A stretch of DNA of 64,000 nt from positions 57,362,464 to 57,426,463 of the forward strand of contig NC_043011.1 of the NCBI RefSeq assembly GCF_006345805.1, given 5' to 3'. Position 1 is the first letter of the stretch; each line of letters opens with the position of its first letter. Made by a program: the position numbers and the translations under genes. Below are positions 1 to 11,887 of the stretch, one piece after another. Source of the stretch: Octopus sinensis (taxonomy: Eukaryota). The notes under the pieces are model-generated. The model was not told the origin of the DNA and did no database searches. It saw only the letters and a list, made by a program, of their open reading frames with translations.

Positions 1-13
1 TGCAGCGGATTTT

Positions 14-62
<49 letters not shown>

Positions 63-487
63 TAAGAGATGTGCTGAGAAAGGTGTTGTGCGTCTGAACT
101 GCGGGCAGAAGCTGAGATATAAATACATACATCCCGATCGTAAAAGATTTATGTGGTGGAGAACAATAGCGACAATGATAATGATGAAAGAGAGAGAGAG
201 AGAGCTAATACTTGACCTGTACTATATATTTCATCCAGCCAGGAGGGACGAAAGGCAAAGTTAATTTTAATGAAATTTGAACTCAGAGTACAAATAATTG
301 GAACAAAGCGCTGTTTCGAACAAGGCCGGAAATAAGAGAGAAGTACTTAAGCAATCAAATCGATCTCACAACTTGATCAGGGAAGCATGGACGAGAAAAC
401 TGAAATCATCGGTGCAGAAGGAGCTGAAGCAAATAGTGCAATAACATTTTATCTGACGCTATCACGATTGTGCAAATCCACCCCCAT

Positions 488-552
<65 letters not shown>

Positions 553-569
553 ATAATAATAATAATAAT

Positions 570-784
570 CATTTCTACTATAGGCACAAGGCCTGGATTT
601 TGTGGGGAGCGGGAAGTCGATCACATCTACCCCAATACTCAACTGGTACTTGATTTATCGATCCCGAAATGATGAAAGGCAAAGTCGACTTCGGCGGAAT
701 TTGAACTCAGAACGTAGCGGCAGATGAAATACCGCCCGAGCATTCCGTCCGACGCGCTAACGATTCTTCCAACTCACCGCCTTA

Positions 785-841
<57 letters not shown>

Positions 842-1057
842 CATGGTTTCAAATTTCGGCATAAGGCCAGCAGTTTGTAGAGAGTGACTAAGGCGATTAA
901 TCGACTATATTGCTCAACTGTTACTTAGTTTATTAACCCCGAAAGGATGAAAGGCAAAGTCGACCACGGCGGAATTTGAACTCCGAACATAAAGCCGGAC
1001 GAAATGCCGCTAAGCAATTTGTCCGACGTGCTAACAATTCTACCAAATCGCTCTCTT

Positions 1058-1089
<32 letters not shown>

Positions 1090-1301
1090 TTTTCTACAGT
1101 AGGTACAAGGTTTGAAACTTGTGCGGAAGGGGATAATGAATTACATCGACGCCAGTGCATCACTTGTACTTAATTCATCGACACCGAAAGGATGAAAGGC
1201 AAAGTCGACCTCGGCGGAATTTGAACTCAGAACGCAAAGACGGACCAAATGCCGCCAAGCACTTTGCCCGGCGTGCTAACGATCCCGCCAGCTCAACGCT
1301 G
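570..1301 (-). mobile_element. Three tandem copies of tRNA-derived SINE family A (570-784, 841-1050, 1087-1301) separated by (AAT)n/(ACT)n
   Basis: Each reverse-complements to variants of GGCGGCGAGCTGGCAGAATCGTTAGC...GAGTTCAAATTCCGCCGAGGTCGACTTTGCCTTTCATCCTTTCGGGGTCGATAAATTAAGTACCAG, with A/B-box-like motifs. Many other copies occur in the window; a degenerate one lies at ~205-360. Confidence 0.9.
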
Positions 1302-1354
1302 TAATAATAATAATAATTATAATAATAATAATAATAATATCAATAATAATAATA

Positions 1355-2241
1355 AACAGAGCTCAAGGCGAAAAATAAGATAATAGGTATCAACAGTCTA
1401 GCTGTCCCAGTTAGCTACAATATTCTTCCCTGGACTCTAAACGAACTAATCAAAATAGACAGGAAAACAAGAAAAATAATGACAGGATTTAGGATGCACC
1501 ACCCAAAAATCTGACATGGAGAGGTTATATATACAAAGTATCGGAGGTGATAGAGGCCTTATATAGTTAGAAGACTATTACAAAATAACTACCACAGGAC
1601 TACAGAAATACCTACTTCAGAAGTAAGGAAAACTAGTACAAACAGCCACAAAACACGAACAAAACAAAAAATTGTTTTCAGTCTTTAAGGATGCTGACAA
1701 ATACAAAAAAGAAGTCATAGTATGAAGAAAAAGAAGAAACAACAAAAGCTGTAAAACAACTGAAATCCATGGCAAATCCTGAAAAGAAATTGAGTAAAAT
1801 CCCAACAATGTCTGAGAAGCTCAGGACTCAAAGCAGAGACTGAAGGGTTTTTAAGTGCAGAACAAGACCAAAGCCTTCCCACCAAAAACCACCAGAAACA
1901 CAAAATGAAGCAAAATACAAGTAACTGCAGAATATGTGGAGATGGACAAGAAACAATAAACCATATTGTCTCTGGCTGCCCAGTCCTAGCTATGAAGGAA
2001 TATATTCACAGACATGACAGGTTTGGGACCTATATACACTGGAAGCTATGCCAACACTATGGAATAACCACAGGAAAAAGATGGTATAAGCACACGCCAG
2101 AAAAGGTTACAGAAAACGAAGAAGCAACCATACTCTGGGATATGCCGATACACACAGATAAGGAAATTAAGGTCAATAACATTTTATCTGACGCTATCAC
2201 GATTCTGCAACCCCCCCTTAATAATAATAATAATAATAATA

Positions 2242-2278
<37 letters not shown>

Positions 2279-2790
2279 CTTTTCTACTGTAGGCACAATG
2301 CCTGGATTTTGTGGGGAGGGGCAAGTCGATCACATCCAGCCCAATACTTAACTGGTACTTGATTTATCGACCCCGAAAGAATGAATTTGAACTCAGAACG
2401 TAGCGGCAGACAAAATGCCGCTAAGATTTCCGTCCGACGCACTAACGTTGTATCAATACCAACAGATGACAATGTTTCTCTAAAAGAAACGGAGAAACTT
2501 TTAAAATACAAAGATCTGGAAATAGAGGTCAATCGAATGTGGAGTTTAAAAACAGAAACAATTCATATCATAGCAGGCACATTAGGTATGATAAGAAAAT
2601 ATTCAGACAAATAACAAGTATATATGATACGGAAAATAGCACTACTAGGCACTGCACACATCCTACATAAAACACTTTCAGTACAGTAAAAATAAGACCA
2701 CCACAACAAACCACAGCACATATCCAAGGCACACAGGGCTGCGCTCGCTAATGAAGTGAAAGCACGTGATAAAATAAGACTAACGAATAA
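1355..2790 (+). mobile_element. 5'-truncated, decayed RLE non-LTR retrotransposon (R4/Dong-like), interrupted at 2174-2447
   Basis: Translates (with frameshifts) to NKIIGINSLAVP..IDRKTRKIMTGFRMHHPKSDMERLY..GGDRGL; a CCHC knuckle CRICGDGQETINHIVSGC plus RHD; ILWDMPIHTDKEI; KETEKLLKYKDL; and IALLGTAHIL..*. Flanked by (AAT)n at both ends. Confidence 0.88.
2174..2447. repeat. Local duplicate of 439-762 (flank + AAT tract + SINE A piece) inserted in the RLE ORF
   Basis: Both start caataacattttatctgacgctatcacgatt and share diagnostic SINE variants (gcctggattttgtggggag..gatcacatc..caatact). Confidence 0.8.
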
Positions 2791-3034
2791 TAATAATAAT
2801 AATGATAATTTCATTATTAAAAAACAAAGGCTTACAAAAAATTGAGTGACAGTTCAGGAGGATACGATGTTGGGTGACATAAAAACGTATAAATAGTAAA
2901 AGGCAGAAATAAGAAAAGGTATTTTTCGCTGGTTGTGCGATTGGTTCGTTGAACGCTTTGGGATGAACGATTCCTTTCTGGAATATGTACCCAAGCAAAG
3001 AAGGATTCGCACACCAATGTCTACCGAAATATCT

Positions 3035-3398
3035 TTATCTTTCTTTTACTTGTTTCAGTCATTTGACTGCGGCCATGCTGGGGTACCGCCTTGGAGGGTT
3101 TTAAATCGAGCAAATCAACCCCAGGACATTTTTTTAAAGCCTGGTATTTATTCTAACGTTACCTTTTGCCGAACCGCTAAGTGACGAGGATGTAAACGCA
3201 CCAACACCGGTTGTCAAACAGTTGTGGGTCACACACACACACACACACCACACACACACATGTATATATACTACTATATATGGCTTCTTTCAGTTTCACA
3301 AGGCTTTGGTCGACCCGAAGCTTTAGTAGATGGCGCTTGCCCTAGATGTCACGCAGTAGGACTGAACCCGGAACCATGTGGTTGAGAAGTAATCTTCT
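3035..3398 (-). mobile_element. SINE family B (tRNA head + CORE-like box + internal microsatellite + CR1-like tail)
   Basis: Reverse complement matches the full copy at 53381-53790. Confidence 0.85.
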
Positions 3399-3414
3399 GT
3401 CTGTTTGTTTGCCT

Positions 3415-3541
3415 GTCACATACGCAGACATGCGCATACACACACATGTATGACGTTAATAATCAATTCTTGATAAGTCACATACGCAGACATGCGCATA
3501 CACACACATGTATGACGTTAATAATCAATTCTTGATAAGTC
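3415..3541. repeat. Perfect 62-bp tandem duplication
   Basis: gtcacatacgcagacatgcgcatacacacacatgtatgacgttaataatcaattcttgataa occurs at 3415 and 3477. Confidence 0.95.
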
Positions 3542-3625
3542 TGCTGTCTACTTGCTACATCAACGTCTGAAAAGATGCTAATATTCTGTATGTCGTAGCA
3601 GCGAGACTTGACTGGGATGCAGTGA

Positions 3626-3684
3626 CCGGATGCTTCCCACTGATGAGATCCAGGAGAATGAAATCACGTGATATGGGAATCTGG
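3626..3684 (+). ncRNA. Type I hammerhead ribozyme motif
   Basis: CCGGA-TGC-TTCCCA [CTGATGA] G-ATCC-AGGA-GAAT [GAAA] TCACGTGA [TA] TGGGAA-TCTGG. Stem I has 6+5 bp with a bulge, the core is intact, stem III is palindromic and stem II is imperfect. Confidence 0.7.
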
Positions 3685-4163
3685 CGTCAATGACAGACGA
3701 TTCTCATCTGCTACGATTTATGTGTGTGCTTTTATGCAACAAGCGCTTATAAGAGGGGTCCTGTTAAGGCTAATAACGCAGTGCACACACGCACACATAC
3801 ACACGCACACACACGCACGTACATTTTATACACACACACACGCACAGAGAAATATATCCGACTACCCTAAGTTAAATGCATACTATTACAGTATGTTTTA
3901 TGAGAGGATGCCTTGTTTCTCAAGTAAGGGAACTTTCATGCCTTTCATGGTCTTCGAAGGCGTGGAGCTGCCGGACGGTTTGTTGACTGGGAAACTGTCA
4001 ACAAGCATCACTGCATGTTGCTCAGTGCAGTATGCGGAAAAATCCCTTAGATACATACGCATACAGGTATACAGATATATAAACATACACACGAATATAA
4101 ATACATACACAAACATCAATATATATATACACACACACACTCATATATATACATTTATACATT

Positions 4164-4237
<74 letters not shown>

Positions 4238-4821
4238 TGTGTATGGTGTGCTATTCATGAAAATGGTCTCACAACACATGGGTCGTTCACTGCGGATGAA
4301 TTAGGGGAGACTTGTCTAAAATGCTGCGCAGACGGACCGTACAGACACATACACACATACATATATACATAGATACATAGATACATACATACATGCATGC
4401 CTGTATACACACCTATATACATTCATACATACATTTATGTTGGCTTCGGCTCGATTTCGAGTAATGGCATTGCTTAATTGTCCTCTTAATGACCAGCAGC
4501 ACAGATGAGGGTTTTCAGTCGTACTTTTGTAAAAATGTGACAACGATGGGCGCCTCTTGCAGTAGGTGTTATAATATTGTTTCAGTAAACCTTCATATGA
4601 CGTTTCAGTCTACCTCCCTGACACACTTTCTTTTCCATTCTCTCTGCACATAGAGATGCCGTATGATACGGAGTTAACAACTGTGTGTATGTATGATTTA
4701 CAATATAATCTATCTATTTATGTCTGTCTGTCTGTATTATATATGTATATTATATAGTTTGCTCGTAGTGTCGACGATGACCATAGACATTACACTCACA
4801 TATATACACACACGTTATATA

Positions 4822-4856
<35 letters not shown>

Positions 4857-5980
4857 ATTACACACACATATATTATATATATATATATATATTATAATAT
4901 ATAAATATAAATGTATAATAAAACATTCGATATTCTAAAATATCTCTGTTTTCATATAAATTTTTATGCATGACACCCACCCTTTGGTCTTGTCTTCTTT
5001 TGTCTTGTGTTGTCGGTCTCGGTGCTAAAACTCTTCCTTATCTCCACAATTGTTGAAGTCTTTCCTCAGAAGGAGAAACCGAACGCAGATGCAATTGTTG
5101 GATATATTCATTGTGTAAGAATCTTCTATTATTTATGTCTATTCTTGTCAAGGTAATTCAATTTCGTAGAATTCATCAGCCGTTTATCATAAAATGAAAA
5201 AAAAAAACAACAAAGAAGAAACAGAAAAAAAACAACAACAACAGAAAACGAAACATGTATAACGAAGGAAAATTACACTCTTCTACATTTAATGTTAAAC
5301 GAGTGATTCAAAAAGTTGAACCAATTCTACGCGGACAGCTGCTCACTTATCGCGAAGGGATTTCGTCTTTTCCTCTGTCTTATCTCCTCTATTCGCCCAC
5401 ACATTCTATGGTGATATAATCCCAGAGCTTAAAGACACTGTAAATATTCCGTGTGAGATTGTTCAACATTTTTTCTTTTGTTCCTTATCGTTTGCTTATC
5501 TATTCCGAGATTATTACAAAAAAGATTTCAGTTTTGGTGTTGTTACTGTATTACATGATCTTAGGAGTGTGTGTGTTTGTCTGTGTTAGTGTGTATGTGT
5601 ATAACTATTTATGTATGTACGTGAGTACGTATTTATGTTTGCATGTATGTATGTATGTATGTATGTATGTATGTATGTATATATATCTGAATGTATCTGT
5701 GTATATTTATGAATGCATCTTTGAATATATGTAGGCGTATATGTTTTATGTATAAATATATGCATGTATGTATGTATGTATGTATGTATGTATGTATGTA
5801 TGTATGTATGTATGCATGAATTTAAGTATGTGTGTATGTATCTATATGAGTGTATGTATGTATGAATGTAAGTATGTGTGTATGTATCTATATGAGTGTA
5901 TATATGTGCGTATGTGTGTCTGTATGTACGTATTTATGCGTTTATGTATGCAAGTTCTGGTTTAATTTTTAAAAGTTCTC

Positions 5981-6376
5981 AAGGTAGCGAGCTGGCAGAA
6001 TCGTTAGCACGCCGGGCGAAATGCGTAGCCGTATTTTGTCTGCCGTTACGTTGTGAGTTCAAATTCCGCCGAGGTCGACTTTGCCTTTCATACTTTCGGA
6101 GTCGATTAAGTAAGTACCAGTTACGCACTGGGATCGATATAATCGACTTAATCCGTTTGTCTGTCCTTGTTTGTCCCTTCTGTGTTTAGCCCCTTGTGGG
6201 TAGTAAAGAAATAGGTACTTCGTCTGTCTTTGCGTTCTGAGTTCAAATTCCGCCGAGGTCGACTTTGCATTTCATACTCTCGTGGTCGATAAATTAATCA
6301 CCATTTGCATACTGGTACTTAATCGACTAGCTCCCTCTCCCAAACTTTTGGGCCTTGTATCTAGAATAGAAAAGTA
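5981..6376 (+). mobile_element. Dimeric SINE A (full monomer with tail type B + 5'-truncated monomer with tail type A)
   Basis: Same junction as 39269-39668. Flanking direct repeat ttttaaaa(a)gttctca is the TSD. Confidence 0.88.
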
Positions 6377-6508
6377 TTTTAAAAAGTTCTCACTAGGAAA
6401 CATTTTGGCTTCCAAACAAGCAACAGGTGTCTTTCGTTGGACGTTAGGTACAAGGTAGGTAGTTTATGCCATGTATGTATGTTGTGTTTATATATGTATA
6501 TGTTTATA

Positions 6509-6575
<67 letters not shown>

Positions 6576-6586
6576 ATATATATACA

Positions 6587-6802
6587 CGAGGGACACCTAA
6601 AAGTTCTTGGCTTTAAGAGTATCGCGAAAAGTCTAGTTGGAGGTCTAGCTTCCCCAGTTCTTATACATGGTTTAGAAAACCTGAAGAAGCGCTGCAATAA
6701 GTGTGTGAATATGCGAGGGAAATATGCTCAATAAAAACATAATTAACTGATCCTCTGGCATTTTCTTTTACTCAAAGTCAGGAACTATTCAACGCCTCCT
6801 CG
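6587..6802 (+). mobile_element. Mariner internal-deletion derivative (MITE)
   Basis: Imperfect TIRs CGAGGGACACCTAAAAGTTCTTGGCTTT / AAAGTCAGGAACTATTCAACGCCTCCTCG-TA. Residual mariner C-terminus GLENLKKRCNKCVNMRGKYAQ*. Confidence 0.8.
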
Positions 6803-6826
6803 TATGTATGTATGTATGTATGTATG

Positions 6827-7645
6827 CCATTGATCAGTTTTATTTCAAGATTTTTTGCCAATAGAGAAAGAACCGGTTTCTAACCTAGATCCAAGGCTCC
6901 TTTGGAATTTCAATAGCAACAACAAGGTATTTTTGTTTGTATGTATGTATGTATGTATGTGCATATTTGTATGTTTTATGTATGTATTTTATGTATGCAT
7001 AAAATTACATATCTAGACATGCTCATATTTATTTAAATGATAAACTTCTGCAAAGATTTACAGATTTTTTACAGTTCCAGCGATAGATTAGATCTGTAGT
7101 CTTCGAATTAGCTTTCTCCTTTCTGGGTTTTCGAAGCCTAATTTCTCAAGATTGGTGTTTAGGCAGTGTGTTACATATCTCAGGGCCCCAATAATTACAG
7201 GTGTAAACCTGAACTTGTAATCTGGATAGAGTAACTGCAGATTTTTCAATAGTTCAGTGTAGGTGTTCTCTTTTTCACTGATCTTCAGCTTTATGTTAAC
7301 ATCCACTGGGCAGCTAATTTTCACAACTGTGCACAATTTCTCTTTTCAATCCCAAATCATTATATCAGGTCTGTTGTGCTTACATTTTATCGAGGTCTTC
7401 ACTGGTACATTCCACCGGTATTCCTTTTTATTATGAGTTGCTATGGCTTCTGCCATACTGTGGGTTCTTATCTCTTTGTCCTCAGGATTATCCTTCCGAC
7501 GGATTTCATTACAGAGTGCCCAAGCTACAACATCATGTCTCATCGGCAGATAATACCGTGATGTGGGTGATACCTTCAGTGTGAACTCTACAAAGTCTGC
7601 TTCTGTTGCCACATTTTACGGCTTTTCCCGCATCTTTATCCCCTT
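6827..7645 (-). mobile_element. 5'-truncated RLE non-LTR retrotransposon, (TACA)n-associated family
   Basis: RLCRVHTEGITHI..YYLPMRHDVVA..WNVPVKTSIKCKHNRPDIMIWD..CTVVKISCP..EKENTY..PVIIGAL (PD-(D/E)xK RLE). The 3' UTR ends ...GAAATAAAACTGATCAATGG(CATA)n. (TGTA)n lies at both ends. Confidence 0.88.
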
Positions 7646-7729
7646 TGTATGTATGTATGTATCTTTCCATTTTTAATTTAGAATAATTTTGTGATGAGAA
7701 ATAAGAATCAGAAGTAATTTTAATTAATC

Positions 7730-7933
7730 TTTTCTACTTTAGGCACAAGGCCCAAAACTTTTTGGGAGGGGGCTAATCGATTGGATCGATCTCCAGTACG
7801 CAACTGGTACTTACTTAATCGACCCCGAAAGGATGAAAAGCAAACTCGACCTCGGCGGAATTTGAATTCAGAACGTAAATACCACTAAACATTTCGCCCG
7901 GCGTGCTAACGTATCTGCCAGCTCGCCGCCTTA
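7730..7933 (-). mobile_element. SINE family A
   Basis: Matches family A. Short flanking repeat taattttaat. Confidence 0.88.
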
Positions 7934-8499
7934 TTAATTTTAATGAGTCTAATATCATTTTATTTCAACAAGTACGGGGGACAATTCTAGCATACATCGG
8001 TCTTATTATGACTTCTTCAGTTTTCTCCAGTTCTCTAAAGAGAAGGAGACACAGGAGTGTGTCGTTACGGTTTTTTTTTTTGGCAGAAGGTTTTAACTGT
8101 GTAACGATAGTTGATGAAACTTTACTGTAATGAACTATCAGCCATACAAGAATAAAAACCAGTTCTCGTTTTGCAATTCGTCTGGAACGCACCTCTTACA
8201 CCTTGGAGTGCATCAGAATTCGTGGTTCTTTATGGACGCTTTGACGAATGACACGCTTGGCTACCGAGTGAGAGACGCTTGGATAAGTTCACTTAAAAAC
8301 CTAATTGAATTGTACCGAAAATACCGCGTTACCATGGAAAATTCTACATTATGGACGAGAACTAAATGAATGGAAAACACACGCAAACATCAATGCCCAG
8401 AGGTATGCGGGTCTTCGTGTTTGTGTGTTTGTGTGTAAAGTAGAAAAATACACGAAAATATATGTATGTTATATATACATACGTACAAAAAATTATATA

Positions 8500-8542
<43 letters not shown>

Positions 8543-8774
8543 CCTATATAATATATATATATATAGCTCCCTCTCCCTATATATATATATATATACTATA
8601 ACTATATTAAGTATACAATATTACAGGTCCATTTCCAGAACAAAGATATAAATGATAATATAACTATGCTTATGAGTATGTGTGTGTATGTATGATTAGA
8701 TATATATATATATATATATTATATTATATTATATTATATTATATTATATATATATGTGTATATATATTATATAT

Positions 8775-8826
<52 letters not shown>

Positions 8827-8827
8827 G

Positions 8828-8867
<40 letters not shown>

Positions 8868-9314
8868 TCAAAAAGTAATTTCGAGAAAACAGACCGTTTC
8901 CACAAGAATAATAAATAGATAAATAAAAAAAAAGAACATACCCCCAAAAGGAAACCAATATCAAGAGATAGTAAGTATTAAACTAACCGACTAAGAATTG
9001 GATATATTGAAAGAGCAGATTTGGAGGAAACCAGCGATGGTCTGCGTTGGGGAAGAAACGAGTACAAAAAATTGACGCAATAGAATAAGTTTTCTGCCGT
9101 AAGAAAGGCCGACGGCATAAAAATTTATTTCACTCTGTGAACTTTTTGTAACAAAGAACATTGTATTTCTTTTCTTACTCCTCACATACACATATATACG
9201 TGCATATATACACACATAAACACGTTTATACGCGCAGGTATACAGACATACATTCACACACGAATACTTATACTTAAACATACATTCAGGAACATCTAAA
9301 GAGAGAAAGAGAGG

Positions 9315-9356
<42 letters not shown>

Positions 9357-9442
9357 TAGAGAAAGAGGGAGATTAAAAAAGCTCAAAAGGGACGTAGAGA
9401 AATCATGAGCAAACGCGTACATACACGGAAATACACATTGGA

Positions 9443-9473
<31 letters not shown>

Positions 9474-9691
9474 TGTATGTATGTATGTATGTATGTGTGT
9501 GTGTATGCATGTATGTGTGTATGTATGTGTGTGTGTGTATGTGTGTGCGTGTGTATGTATGTGTGTATGTATGTGTGTGTGTGTGTATGTGTGTGCGTGT
9601 GTATGTATGTATGTATGTATGTATGTATGTATGTATGTATGTATGTATGTATGTATGTGTGTGCGTGTGTATGTATAACGGGAAGGTTTAC

Positions 9692-9723
<32 letters not shown>

Positions 9724-9918
9724 GTTAAATAACATTTGAATAACCTTGTAGAGTACTATGCAAAGCTCGTCCACTATTATTGGCTGAATTCCAACCTCAT
9801 GCACAGCGTTTATAAGAAACTTTGAATGTGTAGACAGAGGTTGATACATTATTCTTGCCGGTCGGGAAACATTTAAGCCCCAAGTTACGATTTTCTATCA
9901 ATTTGTATCTATAGGAAT

Positions 9919-10027
9919 ATTCTCCTGATGAGAGGAATGGGACGGTTATATTGTTTTATATCCGTTATTTTACGATAAGGTATATAATATGGTATAATAT
10001 TATAACCTCGAAATTGCAATAGAGGAT
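9919..10027 (+). ncRNA. Type I hammerhead ribozyme motif with long stem II insert (Penelope-like)
   Basis: ATTCTC [CTGATGA] GAGG..~70 nt..CCTC [GAAA] TTGCAA [TA] GAGGAT. All three stems pair and stem III is palindromic. Confidence 0.7.
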
Positions 10028-10299
10028 TAACCTTTATTTTTAAATTGAGGATTTTACATGTCATGTCTCGCGCAAACAGTTTTATTGTGAGGAGATATGC
10101 TATGAATGATTAAAGCGGCTTTATATTGGTTTTTGACTGCTATTTCTAAACATGTAAGGGTTTTTGCGACTCTTTCCGTTATAATTGTGATTTATTAATT
10201 GATCATAAACACTCTTCTTTTACACACACACGCGCCACCTGTCTTGTTTTGTACACCACCTGTCTTCGTCTTTTGTTTTTTTCGTAAACTCTCCCTATG

Positions 10300-10329
<30 letters not shown>

Positions 10330-10340
<11 letters not shown>

Positions 10341-10550
10341 CGGCGTTTGTCCCCAAGCCCAAACGCTTGACAACCGGCGTTGGTGTGTTTACGTCCCAGT
10401 GACTTGGCGGTTCTGCTAAAGGTACCGATAGAATAAGTACTTGGCAACAAAAAAATTTAGTACTGATCCCCACTCACTCGACTGAAGTTGTTCGAGGTGG
10501 TGGCCCTGTATGGCCGCGGTCTAATGACTGAAACAAATTAAAGTTAAAAG
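10330..10550 (+). mobile_element. SINE family B, 3' half
   Basis: gcttgacaaccggcgttggtgtgtttacgtccc..ggccgcggtctaatgactgaaacaa. Confidence 0.8.
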
Positions 10551-10557
10551 TTAACAA

Positions 10558-10619
<62 letters not shown>

Positions 10620-11645
10620 GTAGCTGCAGTCAAATATATATGGAACGCAGTAATTAGTCTGATATTTTTTGAACACGCTCGTGAACAAGACAAAGATAAG
10701 ACAACGTTGGCGTAACATGGGCGGAATAATTCCTTAATTGTATAAGGTGTCTGAGTATGTGTGTGTGTGTGTGTGTGAATCGGTATCGTGTCCCTCAATC
10801 GCTTCTCTATCTTATCTCCCACCCTTGTATATTAATGTACGTGTATGTGATTATATGCATGTATGTATGCTTGTACATTTGTATGTATGTATTTATGGAT
10901 GTAAGTATGTATATATATATATGCCATGCATGTATGTATATTTTCATGCGTGTGTGCATGTATTTATGTATATATGTATATTCTCTTGTTTTTAATTATT
11001 TAAATTCTTCCTCTGAGGAAGGAGCTTTTTCTAACAACCATACGAAACCCATCGTTGGAATGTAGATAACGAAAGCAATGTTACATTTTAAACTTTAGAA
11101 AAATCTTGCATATTTTTACTGTTCCACTTACAGGTTTATTAATCATGTGCAAATCAGCCGATTGGTTTCTTTTCCTGAAAACCGTTGCTTCTCCAGATTG
11201 TCACATAGGCATTTACTCAGTTTGTATGTACGCATGCATGCATGTATGTATGTATATATGTATATATGTATATATGTATGCATGTATGTATGTATGTATG
11301 TATGTATGTATGTATGTCGCAGGTTTTCTTTCAGAGTTTCCCTCTCCTAGAGAGATGTGACAACAGAGGTGCCTCCACCTCCCCGCGCATACATATATAC
11401 ATACATACATACATACATACATAAATGCATGCACATGTACACATAGCGCTGGATGGCCGTTGACTTCTCATGAGCTCTTCAATATTCGATAATGTAGACT
11501 AGTTCTTCTTTTCGAGTTGTCGTGCTTGTTGTCCATCGCTTGAAAAAAAAAAGGTAAGACCTATCACAAAAATGGCTGCTCGTAGGCTTCGAATGTGTGA
11601 GGCTTTCGATCAGGCGATGGCAATACTCGAACGCAATTTTGCAGC

Positions 11646-11689
<44 letters not shown>

Positions 11690-11712
11690 TCATCATCATG
11701 TATGTTATATGT

Positions 11713-11854
11713 CATTATTCAGTTTATTTCAAGATTTCTTGTCAATAGAGAAAGAAGCAGTTTCTAACTGAGATCCAAGGCGCCTTCATGGGAATTTCAA
11801 CATCAACAACAGGGTATGTATGTATGTATGTATGTATGTATGTATGTATGTATG

Positions 11855-11887
<33 letters not shown>

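Noticed and set aside
3668-4372. 234-aa ORF and the many other long YI/VC/MYVC/poly-I/N ORFs (e.g. 13825-14598, 46895-47503, 50306-51044)
   Set aside because: They are open only because microsatellites lack stop codons in some frames. No domain content.
5150-5185. Hammerhead-like CTGATGA..GAAA on minus strand
   Set aside because: No stem II and only 2 bp of stem I. Consistent with chance.
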